DNA of 64,000 nucleotides from a virus, in the IMG/VR virus record IMGVR_UViG_3300042868_010125, positions 1 to 64,000 of that record; one strand, 5' to 3'. This document shows positions 48,567 through 64,000 of this stretch, piece by piece. The notes under the pieces are model-generated. The model ran no database searches and was not told where the DNA came from. It was given only the letters and a program-made list of their open reading frames with translations. The position numbers and the translations under genes are program-made. Each line of letters opens with the position of its first letter. The stretch's first letter is position 1.

Positions 48567-51206
48567 TTGACTAACTTTAAACGCAAAGTTTTCTTGTTTA
48601 TTGGTATAAGTCTATGTATTACAGTTTTTTCAATAATGTCGCCAGATAATGCCAAGGCTACAGATAACCAAGAGCAAGTTATTGTAAGCCCTGCTCAACA
48701 AGCAGTTAACTCTGCCCTTTCAACTGCCACTATAGAGGTTCAGCAGGCTATCACAGCCACAGATAGCGCGGCAGTAGAAGTGGCACAAGCACAAACAGAA
48801 TACTCTCAAGCACAATCTATCACCTCAGAATTAGCATCAAAAATATCTTTGGCTAATGCAGAAATAAATAATGTTCAAACTGCAATTAATACTATTAATA
48901 ATGTTGACTTATCTGTTACTCCGATAAATCAAAGTTCTCAAGTAGTTCAAGATGCAAAGGCTACAATAACTGTTGCAACTACAGCTATAAGTAATGTAAC
49001 AACACAAATAACAGAGGCTCAGACAGCAATATCTGAAGCTGTTGCAGCAAAAACAGAAGCGTCTACAGCTCAAGCAACTGCTCAAACCGAATTAACTCAG
49101 GCAAACCTTGCTATTGATGCTGCTCAAACAGCAGTCAATAATTTACAAGCCACTATTGGAACTAGCACAAATGTTTTGGCTGGAGTAGATGATGCTGGTG
49201 TTCAAATGAATCTTCCGTTCGGAATGCAAATGGGTGGAACTGTTTACAACAATGTATTCGTTGGATCAAATGCAACAATAACATTTGGAACAAATGAAGG
49301 ATGGGTTTACCATACAACTCCAGGCGCACCGTCAGTATCTATTGCTGGATGGGACTGGACTACTTGGAGCACAGGAACTGGAATTACTTATGCAACAACT
49401 GGTACAAGTTTAGATATTGCCTGGGACCTTAGACCTTTTCCTCAACAAGATGCTTCTACGCAGATGGTTCAAATAAGATTTAATGCTGATGTGAATCCAA
49501 ATGATGGTGCATGGATAGCAAATGTAACTGCTAATGGACCAATACCAAATCAAGCGAGATTTAATGTTAGAGAAACAACCAACGGTGCACTCATTCCAAT
49601 TACAGATACTAATGCTGGAGCAGGCTTTGCTGGACAAATAAGTCAAGGTGCAGCATTTACTCCGTATGTGGATCCAAACACAGAAACAGTTCAGGCAGCG
49701 GTTGACGCAGCAAATGTAACGATTGCACAATTAAACTCAAGCCTTACCCCAGTCGTTGCCCAGAACACTACAAACACGTCAGCAATAAATGCTATTAACA
49801 CAACATCTTTAACTAATACCGTAAACTCAGCGGTATCAACAAAGACATCTCTTGAGTCATCATTAAACACTAAATCAAGTCAATTAGTTACTGCAATTAA
49901 TAACAACATTCCAACCCCTGCCCCAATAATTTTAACTCCAATTGTTGCAGGAACTACTGCAACTATTACACCGTCTTTACCTGAAGGATACACAGCAAAC
50001 ACTTGGTTTTATCAAGTAGTAACAGATGATCCAGATGCAGAAAATCCATACGAAGGTGGAACATATAATACAGATGGTGCACCAGCATCTATTCAATTAA
50101 CTGGTTTGACAGAAGGCGCTACCTATACAGTTAGAGTTGCTAATTGGTCTGGACCTGTAAGTCAATATACTGAGACTGTTATTTCTGTACCCGCACCACA
50201 AGGCTCCAATTTAACTACTGGTGGAAATAGTTCCCCAATAGATACAACTCCAATAGATACAACTCCTGTTGACACAACCCCTGTAGATACAGAACCAGTA
50301 GACACAGAACCAGTAGACACAGAACCAGTTGATACAGAACCAGTAGACACAGAACCAGTAGACACAGAACCAGTTGATACAGAACCAGTAGACACAGAAC
50401 CAGTAGACACAGAACCAGTAGACACAGAACCAGTAGATACTCCTGCAGAAGAAGTAGAGGCTGTATTTGAAGAAAGCGAAGTATCTATTGAAGAAATATC
50501 AGAAAGTAATGCAAACCTTTCTGTAGAAGATGTTCAAGAAATTATTACTGATTTAATTAGTGATAGTGGTTTAGACGCGTCTGAAGTTTCTGCAGTACTA
50601 GAAGCAATTGCTGAAGGTGGAGAAGTGTCTGCAGAGATTGCCGCTGAGGTCTCATCTACATTATCAGAGGGCGGAATAACAGAAGCGGAAGCAGAATTTA
50701 TTACAGAAATGCTTTCTGCAGATGGAGAAATAACAACTTCTGAAGTTGTTAATCTATCAGAAGCATTAAACGAAGACGGTAAATTTACTTTAGTAGAAAA
50801 AGATTTAGTTGCAGATGTATTAATCTCATCAGCAGAGGGGGAACCAGTAACTGCTGCCAACATAGAAGCAGCAGGGCTTGAGTATCGCGACCTTCCTCCA
50901 ACAATTCCAGTAGAGGTAAGAGAAGATGCAAATGGTAATCCAGTAGTTATTCAAGCAGAGGTGGCATCTGCACTGCTTGTATTAGAAAGTCCAGCAGCAC
51001 TAGCAGGTGCAATTGCTGCTTGTTTTAATCCAGATGAAGCAATTGAAGGATTAACAGAAGAAGAAAAATGTGAATTAGGCAAGGCACTACTTAACATGGG
51101 TGCTGACATGTCTATACCAGAACGTGAAAAAGCAGAAGACATCGTAGTTGTAACCGTAATTGCTGGCCAGATAATTCTTGGTACAGCATATAGAAGAAAG
51201 GTATAA
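48567..51206 (+). CDS. Large exported/surface protein: coiled coil, FnIII, PVDTE repeats, acidic C-terminus with hydrophobic tail
   Basis: Signal peptide; LTGLTEGATYTVRV; repeat linker. Confidence 0.7.
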   Translation: MTNFKRKVFLFIGISLCITVFSIMSPDNAKATDNQEQVIVSPAQQAVNSALSTATIEVQQAITATDSAAVEVAQAQTEYSQAQSITSELASKISLANAEINNVQTAINTINNVDLSVTPINQSSQVVQDAKATITVATTAISNVTTQITEAQTAISEAVAAKTEASTAQATAQTELTQANLAIDAAQTAVNNLQATIGTSTNVLAGVDDAGVQMNLPFGMQMGGTVYNNVFVGSNATITFGTNEGWVYHTTPGAPSVSIAGWDWTTWSTGTGITYATTGTSLDIAWDLRPFPQQDASTQMVQIRFNADVNPNDGAWIANVTANGPIPNQARFNVRETTNGALIPITDTNAGAGFAGQISQGAAFTPYVDPNTETVQAAVDAANVTIAQLNSSLTPVVAQNTTNTSAINAINTTSLTNTVNSAVSTKTSLESSLNTKSSQLVTAINNNIPTPAPIILTPIVAGTTATITPSLPEGYTANTWFYQVVTDDPDAENPYEGGTYNTDGAPASIQLTGLTEGATYTVRVANWSGPVSQYTETVISVPAPQGSNLTTGGNSSPIDTTPIDTTPVDTTPVDTEPVDTEPVDTEPVDTEPVDTEPVDTEPVDTEPVDTEPVDTEPVDTEPVDTPAEEVEAVFEESEVSIEEISESNANLSVEDVQEIITDLISDSGLDASEVSAVLEAIAEGGEVSAEIAAEVSSTLSEGGITEAEAEFITEMLSADGEITTSEVVNLSEALNEDGKFTLVEKDLVADVLISSAEGEPVTAANIEAAGLEYRDLPPTIPVEVREDANGNPVVIQAEVASALLVLESPAALAGAIAACFNPDEAIEGLTEEEKCELGKALLNMGADMSIPEREKAEDIVVVTVIAGQIILGTAYRRKV
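50235..50441 (+). repeat. 15-bp coding tandem repeat, ~14 units of P(I/V)DT(T/E)
   Basis: CCAGTAGACACAGAA units. Confidence 0.95.
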
Positions 51207-51213
51207 TAGGAAT

Positions 51214-51399
51214 ATGAAATCGCTAAAGAAATGGGGCTTTGCAGCTCTAAATGAAAACTTTACATTTCTTGGTTTTTTTGTCGCCTGGGTTGTACTAGAG
51301 GGCAGTGCAAAAACAGTTGTAGGGTATGTAACAATAGCCTCAGTCGCCCTGTGGTTTGCCACTATAGGAATTAGAGAAAAAGCTGAAAAAGAAGAATAA
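51214..51399 (+). CDS. Small two-TM protein
   Basis: Leaderless TATAAT-6-ATG. Confidence 0.55.
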   Translation: MKSLKKWGFAALNENFTFLGFFVAWVVLEGSAKTVVGYVTIASVALWFATIGIREKAEKEE

Positions 51400-51496
51400 T
51401 AGCTTTTATACTAAAAATATATTGCCTAGCGAGTCGTAAAACCCGTAGCCTAAAATCTCTAGTATGCTATAGATACAATAAGCATAATGGAGAATA

Positions 51497-51964
51497 ATGA
51501 GTTCAGAGCTAGTAGCCGAATATAAGGTTAAAATTGAAGCACTTTTTCCACTGGCAAAAAAGGCTTACGGCTCAAGAAAACAAGACACTCCTGCTCATAG
51601 AGCAAGTAGAGAGTACACAAGACTTTTAGTTGAGTTTTCTTCTTTAGACGGGAATCTTCCTGAACTAGCAAAAGCACTCAAAGTTGCATACCCTGGAATT
51701 AGACGAAGAATTATCATGGAAAAAGTCTCTATCTCAAGCATTAAACAAGAGAGAAAAGCAGATATATCAGAATTGCCTAATGCAATAGAGAGAATAAAAA
51801 AAGCAAAAGAAGATGGTGGATCTGTTTTTTATCATAATCAACTTACAAAAGAATATATAAATGGATTTTCTTTACAAGATTTAGCAAAGGGATTAGGGCT
51901 CAATTCCGCGGCTCCTTTATATTATGGAGTACAAAGAAGTCTTAGTAGAGCGAGTAGAGTTTAA
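51497..51964 (+). CDS. Tandem HTH protein upstream of TerL
   Basis: LPELAKALKV and FSLQDLAKGLGL; resembles 37772. Confidence 0.6.
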   Translation: MSSELVAEYKVKIEALFPLAKKAYGSRKQDTPAHRASREYTRLLVEFSSLDGNLPELAKALKVAYPGIRRRIIMEKVSISSIKQERKADISELPNAIERIKKAKEDGGSVFYHNQLTKEYINGFSLQDLAKGLGLNSAAPLYYGVQRSLSRASRV

Positions 51965-51966
51965 GT

Positions 51967-53385
51967 ATGGGACAAAGTTTTATGGAGAAGATATCTCTTC
52001 TTTCTCCAGAAGAAAAAGCTGCAATACTTGCTGACTTAGACCCAGAAGTTCTTCTCTGGGATTGGCACTCTTGGGCACGTCCAGAACAACAATCCCCTGA
52101 AGGTGATTGGAATATTTGGATTTATCTTGCTGGTCGTGGTGCTGGAAAAACAAGAGCAGCAGCTGAGTGGGTAAGAGAGACAGCAAAGTACACAAACACT
52201 GGTCAAAGACGTTTTGCACTTGTTGCTCGTACTGCAGCAGATGTGCGTGACGTTCTTGTTGAAGGTGAATCAGGAATTATGAATGTGACTCCACCAAGTG
52301 AGCGTCCATTGTATGAACCATCTAAACGTCGATTGACTTGGCCTAACGGAAATACTGCAACCTGTTTTACTGCTGATGAACCAGACTCACTTCGTGGACC
52401 CCAATTTACACATGCTTGGGGGGACGAAGTAGCCGCATGGAGACAGACTCCAGATGCTGCTGGTATGACTGCTTTTGATAACTTACGTGTGGGAACTCGT
52501 TTAGGTGCTAACCCACAAATTATGATTACAACAACTCCTAAGCGTGTACCGCTTCTTTACTCTTTGTTAGAAGAAGAAAAGAAAGGTAAGAAAGTTGTTG
52601 TTACTAGAGGCTCTACTATGGATAACTCTGGAAACTTGAGCTCTGCATATCTAGACACAATTATGGGAGTTTACGAAGGCACACGGCTAGCAAAGCAGGA
52701 ACTCTATGGAGAAATGCTTGACTCCATTGAAGGTGCATTGTGGACAATAGAGATGATAAGTAAGGCTAGACAAAATGTTTTACCACCTCACACTCCTTTA
52801 AGAGTTATTGGCGTTGACCCCTCCGTTGCAGAAAATCCTCGGGACTCCTGTGGAATTGTTGTAGTTGCATCTACTGCTGATAGAGATTTATATAAACGTC
52901 ACGCTTGGGTTTTAGAGGATGCAACCATCCACGGTTCCCCAGAAGTGTGGGCAAATAAAGTTGTAGAGATGGCTAGACGCTGGGGGGCACCAGTTGTAGC
53001 AGAAGTAAATCAAGGTGGAGCACTAGTTACTAATGCTATTAATGCTATTGACCCCAACGTAAAAGTATTTGAAGTTCACTCTAAGCATGGAAAACAACTT
53101 AGAGCAGAGCCAGTAGTTCTTGCATATGAACAAGAAAGAGTTCATCATATTGGATACATTGCAGAGTTAGAAGACCAAATGACTGCATGGATTCCTGGTG
53201 AAGGAAAGTCTCCAGATAGAGTAGACGCTTTAGTCCATGCTTTAACGGCTTTACTTATTAAACCACCTAAAGGATTTATTGGTGGAAAGTTAACCGCAAA
53301 ATCTCCAGCCGCCAGAAGACTCCCAAGTTTTAGAGGCGGTTCAGGTGGAAGAAGTGGTGGGTCTAGGGTTTTTAAGGCTAATTAA
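51967..53385 (+). CDS. terL: Terminase large subunit
   Basis: GRGAGKT, LRGPQ, WGDE, TTTPK, IGVDP, SPDRVDA. Confidence 0.92.
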   Translation: MGQSFMEKISLLSPEEKAAILADLDPEVLLWDWHSWARPEQQSPEGDWNIWIYLAGRGAGKTRAAAEWVRETAKYTNTGQRRFALVARTAADVRDVLVEGESGIMNVTPPSERPLYEPSKRRLTWPNGNTATCFTADEPDSLRGPQFTHAWGDEVAAWRQTPDAAGMTAFDNLRVGTRLGANPQIMITTTPKRVPLLYSLLEEEKKGKKVVVTRGSTMDNSGNLSSAYLDTIMGVYEGTRLAKQELYGEMLDSIEGALWTIEMISKARQNVLPPHTPLRVIGVDPSVAENPRDSCGIVVVASTADRDLYKRHAWVLEDATIHGSPEVWANKVVEMARRWGAPVVAEVNQGGALVTNAINAIDPNVKVFEVHSKHGKQLRAEPVVLAYEQERVHHIGYIAELEDQMTAWIPGEGKSPDRVDALVHALTALLIKPPKGFIGGKLTAKSPAARRLPSFRGGSGGRSGGSRVFKAN

Positions 53386-53405
53386 AATTTATTTAGCATT
53401 AAAAG

Positions 53406-56024
53406 TTATCTAGCAAATCTAGATGCAACAGACCAATCTACTTCTCCAGAAGGAACTGCTCTCGGAATGAGAGAACGTCCACCAACTGTTGCTTGAGAAC
53501 CAGAACCAACAATAGTTAAGTTTCTATCCATAAGTTTTCTGTGGAATGCAATCTGAGTAAGTGGCTTTTCTCCACGTTCTTCACTCCATGCTCTGTAAAC
53601 AGTGTAAAGCGTTTTTACAGATAAAGTAGAGCCCGCATTTTCATTAGTCTCTTCATTTAAGAACAAACCAATTCTGTCTTCATTCTTTCTATATATCTCG
53701 GCCGCTTCGCTAACAACTCGACACCAACCAAGACCATCTTTAGAGCCAGAGCCTAAAACTTTAATTGCTCCTTCTACTGCCCAAGCAAGAACAGCACTGA
53801 GTGCACCATCTGGGTCAAATATGTATTCTTTTAACTCTGGGTCAGGACTTTCTGGCACATGCAAAAATGGAACTGGTCTAATACGTCTCCACATAGCATC
53901 ATCAGTAATTACTGGTCTGTGATTAGTACTTACCCATAGTTTTGCACGAGAACTAAAAGTAAAAGGTTTTTCACCAGGAGAACGAGCAGAGATTTCAGAA
54001 GAACCAGTTAATTTCTTAACTGAGTTTTCTTTTAGTCTTTCAGACTCAGGTAACTCATCTACCCACACCATTCGACGTCCACGCAACTCAGCCCAGTGGT
54101 AAAGGTCTTGGCTATTTGCTCTACCATCATTTTGCGCAAGAATACTTGAGTCCAAAGGCCAAGCATATTGCTGGGTACCTAAACACTTAACTAGTGCTTC
54201 AACAAAAGTATTCTTACCAGAACCAGCAGGACCGTAAACTAGAAACATAACATCATATTTTCTAGAACCAGTGAGAGAGTAACCAGCAGCACGTTGTAAC
54301 CACTCTTGGAACTCTTTATCTCCATTAGTAGCAAAGTCTAAGAATTGTTCCCAACGGACATTTCTTTGACCAACAATGTATCCAACTGGTGCTCTTCTAG
54401 TTATAAATAGGTCAGGACGATTCTTTAACAACTCTCCTGTTTTAAGGTCAATAACACCATTCATTACACCTAATAAATTTTCATCCTTGTCCCACTCTTC
54501 TACATATCTATTAATTCTAGGGTCAGAGTTTCCTGCTTCAATTGCAGAGCGAAGACGACCAATTGATTTTGTTTGCTGAGCCCACTTAATAACTTCGCCT
54601 TGTTTATCTGGGTCATCATATTTAACAATCTCGCTGGCAATAAGAGTAGGAATCATTTTTGATAACTCTTTAACTTCTAAGCCTTCGGCATCTGGTTTCC
54701 AGTAACCATTATTCCAATGAAACCAGCCTAAACCAGGTGTATACCTAACTACATCTCTAAAAGTATCTACTAATCTACGACCATTTCCAATATCTGTAAG
54801 ACTTCGCTTACCTTCTTCTCCACCATCTTCAACAGATATCGCATCCGTATCTTGAGGGATGTCTAAATTCTTAGCAGATAAAACTTGGTCGTTTGTGTAG
54901 CCACTTTCAATAGAACTAGTTATTGCACTATTTCTAGTGCTAGGAGTAGGAGGATGAACAACTCCCAAAACTGGTGTTATTTTTTCTACAGATGTTCCCT
55001 TTGAAGACGCTCTAGATTCTTCTTGAGAACGTACAGACCATTCTTGAAGCCCAGGCCATACTCTATTTGATTTAGGATTTTTTATAACAAAATCAATTGC
55101 ACGTCGAGTGTGCATCATTACGCTGTTAGTTCCCTCAAGTGGCATAGGAGGCTTAACTTTTTCAGCATTGAATCGAATCATCAAAGACTCAACAGCAAGA
55201 CGACCTGCTTCAGTATTTACAGGAAACTTATTTGCAAGTGCACAAGCAAGTTCATAAAGACCGACTGCACGGTTACCTTCTTCAATACCTTCTTCAAGAA
55301 CTTTATCAATATCAACTTTTTTACCTGAGTACTCTAAATCTTCAAATATTGAAGACCAATCTCCAGTACCAACATCAGTACCGCTAGACCTCTTTGTTCT
55401 TTTTCTTAAAACACTTAGTAGCTCTTCTGGCGCTTGAGCCATTTCCATTTCATGAGGGCCCTTGCCCTTTACCCACTCATAACAGTGACCTGAAAAGTGT
55501 CTAGAAGGTGCAATAAGAACATAACCATTGTGCTTAATATCAACGCCTTTTAAGCCTTGTTTATTTAAGTTTCCAACTAAATCTTCTGACTCACTGCACT
55601 TGTAAAATAAGTGACGACCACGCATGGCTTTTCCGCCACCAATTGTGTATTCACCAGTTATCGCTTCTACAGTTGGTGGAAGTGCTCCTTCAATCAGCTC
55701 TTCAAACTTTTCAAATGATTCTGGGCCACCAGCACGTGGGTCAATATCAATTACTAAAAATCCACTAGGACGACAGAAAACACCAATGTTGTAATCAGGT
55801 TGAGACGCCCACCATTCAGAAACTTTATTTACATCAGATGTAGCAGATGTGTTCCATTGATTTATTGCTGGGTGTTTACCAGTATCTTTTGGTTCTGCGT
55901 GTGAAGAGTTACAACTACATCTTCCATTTGCTATTCCATAACATGGAAGAATTTTCCAACCTTGTTCTGCATACCATTGCGCCCCTGGTGCAAGTCTGTT
56001 ATTTGCGTACTCCCATGTACTCAT
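53406..56024 (-). CDS. Bifunctional primase-polymerase fused to D5/P4-type SF3 helicase
   Basis: GKHP, NIG, DIDPR, GRHLFY; GPAGSGKNT, DAMWRR. Confidence 0.9.
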   Translation of the reverse strand: MSTWEYANNRLAPGAQWYAEQGWKILPCYGIANGRCSCNSSHAEPKDTGKHPAINQWNTSATSDVNKVSEWWASQPDYNIGVFCRPSGFLVIDIDPRAGGPESFEKFEELIEGALPPTVEAITGEYTIGGGKAMRGRHLFYKCSESEDLVGNLNKQGLKGVDIKHNGYVLIAPSRHFSGHCYEWVKGKGPHEMEMAQAPEELLSVLRKRTKRSSGTDVGTGDWSSIFEDLEYSGKKVDIDKVLEEGIEEGNRAVGLYELACALANKFPVNTEAGRLAVESLMIRFNAEKVKPPMPLEGTNSVMMHTRRAIDFVIKNPKSNRVWPGLQEWSVRSQEESRASSKGTSVEKITPVLGVVHPPTPSTRNSAITSSIESGYTNDQVLSAKNLDIPQDTDAISVEDGGEEGKRSLTDIGNGRRLVDTFRDVVRYTPGLGWFHWNNGYWKPDAEGLEVKELSKMIPTLIASEIVKYDDPDKQGEVIKWAQQTKSIGRLRSAIEAGNSDPRINRYVEEWDKDENLLGVMNGVIDLKTGELLKNRPDLFITRRAPVGYIVGQRNVRWEQFLDFATNGDKEFQEWLQRAAGYSLTGSRKYDVMFLVYGPAGSGKNTFVEALVKCLGTQQYAWPLDSSILAQNDGRANSQDLYHWAELRGRRMVWVDELPESERLKENSVKKLTGSSEISARSPGEKPFTFSSRAKLWVSTNHRPVITDDAMWRRIRPVPFLHVPESPDPELKEYIFDPDGALSAVLAWAVEGAIKVLGSGSKDGLGWCRVVSEAAEIYRKNEDRIGLFLNEETNENAGSTLSVKTLYTVYRAWSEERGEKPLTQIAFHRKLMDRNLTIVGSGSQATVGGRSLIPRAVPSGEVDWSVASRFAR

Positions 56025-56269
56025 TTTGACCCACTTACATAAGCAGTTTCTAGAGTAATTGGTAGTGAAGAAAACCAGTTATCCGCATCTTGAATAAGAA
56101 TATAAACTCTTTCTCTTCCAGTTTCAGTAGTTGTTTTAATTGCACTTAATTCTCCGAGCCATACCGCTCTGGCAACAACTCTAGATGGTATTCCGTATCT
56201 TAGAGCAGTGGCTCTTATGCTTAGTCTTTTTTGTCCTTGTATCAAAGCCACGGCCCCTTCCTTACACAA
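56021..56269 (-). CDS. Small DNA-binding (excisionase-like) protein
   Basis: LSIRATALRYGIP. Confidence 0.45.
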   Translation of the reverse strand: MCKEGAVALIQGQKRLSIRATALRYGIPSRVVARAVWLGELSAIKTTTETGRERVYILIQDADNWFSSLPITLETAYVSGSK

Positions 56270-56459
56270 ATCGTTGACGAACTATAGACCAGGTTTTGAT
56301 AAATTTGAACCATTTACGCAATATTAAAACTATAGAGCTTTTAAAACAAAAAGGGAAGAGACTCGCCAATATAAAAAAATAAGATACCCAAATATATGTC
56401 AAAATTAGACCATTAGTCAAAAGTCACTATAACAATAGTCAGATAGGTGCTCCCACTTC

Positions 56460-56798
56460 ATGTTCAATGGTACTCAAGTTTGGTATGAAATAGTAGGTAT
56501 AACAGGAGCAATCTCAGCCCTTTGTATTTTTATGTATTCAGTTTACAAAATAGCAAAAAGGATAGATGGCTCCATTGGGGTAGATGGAGAAGGTAGAACT
56601 CTATCAGAGAGAATGGATAAAGTCGAATACCAACTTTGGCCTAATGGCGGTCAGTCTATGGCTGACAGGGTTAACTCCATAGACAAAACCAATAATCAAA
56701 TGATGACAGAAGTTAAGATTATCAAAGAACTTGTCCTCGGGATGATAGATACAAATCATCAAGCATCTGTAGAGGCAAAAAAGAACAACTTAGCATAA
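56460..56798 (+). CDS. TM plus coiled-coil protein
   Basis: N-terminal TM; PNGGQSMAD. Confidence 0.55.
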   Translation: MFNGTQVWYEIVGITGAISALCIFMYSVYKIAKRIDGSIGVDGEGRTLSERMDKVEYQLWPNGGQSMADRVNSIDKTNNQMMTEVKIIKELVLGMIDTNHQASVEAKKNNLA

Positions 56799-56925
56799 AA
56801 AGGACACGCCGAAAAAAAGTTTGCTTAGGTGCTATGAAAAAGTAGCACTTACCGTTAAAGTACCCGTATGAAAACAGTGTTTACTTACACGAACACTTAC
56901 TTACATATGAAAGGGGTACTTTAAA

Positions 56926-57231
56926 ATGAGCCTATCGGAGAAGCTAAAAACAGCAACTAGGTCTGAACCAGGCCTTCCTTGTGGGGTATCTAGATTATTA
57001 CTTACAGTAAGTGATGAAGATCGTGAGGCTTTAGAAGCAATCTTTTCTACTAAAGCTGGTAACGGGTCTGTATCCAATTTAAAGATTCATGAGATTATAT
57101 CTAGTGAAGGCCATAACATTGCATTTGCTTCAGTAAGACTTCACAGAGCAAGAGCCTGTAGATGTTTTATAGGGAAAACTAATCAATTAAAAAAACATTT
57201 AAACGATAAGTTAGAAAAAAATAATGACTGA
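56926..57231 (+). CDS. Hypothetical protein coupled to the nuclease
   Basis: C...HR..C.C motif. Confidence 0.55.
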   Translation: MSLSEKLKTATRSEPGLPCGVSRLLLTVSDEDREALEAIFSTKAGNGSVSNLKIHEIISSEGHNIAFASVRLHRARACRCFIGKTNQLKKHLNDKLEKNND

Positions 57232-58426
57232 GTCTATGGCTGAAAGGTTAGCCGCACTTATATCTCCTGGAGAGTCGGGCTCGGATATAAGAAAAAATAA
57301 TACTCCAGAAGCGTGGCGTCCCCGCATGGAGATAGATGAGGCTGGCGGATACCTAGTATCTATTCCTAGATCAGAAGGAAACTTGCCAGATGCAATAGAA
57401 ATTTTAAAAGAATTTAATTTAGACCCAAAGGACTGGATTGTTCGCTCGGTTCGTAGATCTAGATGGCAAAGATATGACGGTGAGTGGTTAGAGTCGGCAA
57501 GAATAAATGTAGTTGCAGCCGAGATGATAAGAAAAGAAAATGATTTAGATTTAGAAAAACTTATAGAGGACATAAAAAAATGGAGACCTGCCGCTAGAGA
57601 AACAAAAGTAGCGGGAGAGTTTGCTTTTGTCTTTGCTCCCAGTGACCAACAAATTGGTAAAAAAGGTAGCGGCGGGGGGACTTTAGAATCAGTAGCAAGA
57701 ATTCATCAAACTACTGAGGGTGGAGTCCATAGATTAAAAGAGTTACGCAAGATAGGTAGAAGCCTAGGAACAACTGTGATTGCATTATTAGGAGACCATG
57801 TAGAAGGAAATGTTTCTCAGCATGGAAAACTACAAGGTCAGGCTTCATCAGATTTAGGGCTCACAGAGCAAACAAGAGTTGCCCGTAGACTATTAATGTC
57901 TCAGATAAAAGCATTTGCTGAGATATCAGACAGAGTAGTTGTCCCAGTAGTTAACGGAAACCATGACGAGGTAACTAGGCAAGTAGTGGCTAATCCAGCA
58001 GATGGTTGGAACACAGAAATTGCTAGCGCTGTGCAAGATGCTTGCGCAGAGAATCCAAATTTAGCCCACGTTGAGTTTAGATATCCAGAAAGTGACCATC
58101 AAACTTTAGCAATAAATATAAATGGAACTATGCTCGGCTTATTCCATGGTCATCAATCTAGAGACCCAATTAAATATCTTTCAGGTCAAGCGGCGGGACA
58201 AACAGCGCTAGGCAACTGCGATGTTTGGTTATCTGGCCACTACCACCACTTTAAAAGTATGGACATTGGTCCTCGCTTCTGGGCGCAGTGCCCGACTCTA
58301 GATCCTGGCTCTGCTTGGTTTAGAGATAGAACAGGGCTCGAATCTCCTGCTGGAGTTTTAACAATGGTTATCGGTGAAGGGTATGACCCTCGCAGAGATA
58401 TAAGCATTATCCCAGCTAGCAGGTAG
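57224..58426 (+). CDS. Metallophosphoesterase / Mre11-like nuclease
   Basis: DQQIG, GDHVEG, GNHD, HGH, GHYH. Confidence 0.85.
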   Translation: MTESMAERLAALISPGESGSDIRKNNTPEAWRPRMEIDEAGGYLVSIPRSEGNLPDAIEILKEFNLDPKDWIVRSVRRSRWQRYDGEWLESARINVVAAEMIRKENDLDLEKLIEDIKKWRPAARETKVAGEFAFVFAPSDQQIGKKGSGGGTLESVARIHQTTEGGVHRLKELRKIGRSLGTTVIALLGDHVEGNVSQHGKLQGQASSDLGLTEQTRVARRLLMSQIKAFAEISDRVVVPVVNGNHDEVTRQVVANPADGWNTEIASAVQDACAENPNLAHVEFRYPESDHQTLAININGTMLGLFHGHQSRDPIKYLSGQAAGQTALGNCDVWLSGHYHHFKSMDIGPRFWAQCPTLDPGSAWFRDRTGLESPAGVLTMVIGEGYDPRRDISIIPASR

Positions 58427-58572
58427 AAAAGTGCTCTATAATAAAGGTAGATTTATAAACACTTTTTTATAAAATAAAAAGTAAGAGTACTAAAAATCTT
58501 GTAGAATAGGCAAAGACCTGCTTAGTTTTATCTCGTTCAGACGTGTTCGAGTGAGAGTATTTTGGAGATTTA

Positions 58573-60873
<2,301 letters not shown>

Positions 60874-60889
60874 AAGGAGCTGTTAAAAA

Positions 60890-63079
<2,190 letters not shown>

Positions 63080-63172
63080 TTTAATAAGAATTTAGAGTTT
63101 AATTTTATTTTAATCACCTTTTTTATTTAGGGTAAAATTGGCTTTGGGAATCATCCCACTCGAGTGAAATGA

Positions 63173-64000
<828 letters not shown>

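Overview
64 kb from a large, AT-rich tailed dsDNA phage, most likely infecting an actinobacterium (WhiB, DUF3039, DUF4192-like and SCO2322-like genes, many leaderless promoters); a freshwater host is a guess. From 1 to ~23 kb it is a leftward early/host-takeover arm of small genes with sigmaA-type promoters, a dual-specificity phosphatase, an Ntn peptidase, a MoxR ATPase + VWA pair, a subtilase and WhiB. From ~23 to 64 kb it is mostly rightward: class II RNR with B12-handling genes, SAM decarboxylase, a CHAP lysin cassette, tRNA-Gly, three DNA-modification enzymes, modular Gly-rich and collagen-like virion fibres, a serine recombinase, TerL and a primase-helicase. Best novelty candidates: (1) a ~105-nt sRNA with C-rich loops complementary to the AAAGGGG(G) ribosome-binding sites of left-arm genes, while right-arm genes mostly use AGGAG, which could be an RBS-class translational switch; (2) a translationally coupled nrdJ - SCO2322-like - TM peptide - pduO B12 operon; (3) three regionally confined DNA motif families; (4) a C5 methyltransferase split over up to four polypeptides; (5) an unexplained structured RNA at 40.03-40.20 kb. 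All family calls come from reading motifs by eye; no database searches were run.
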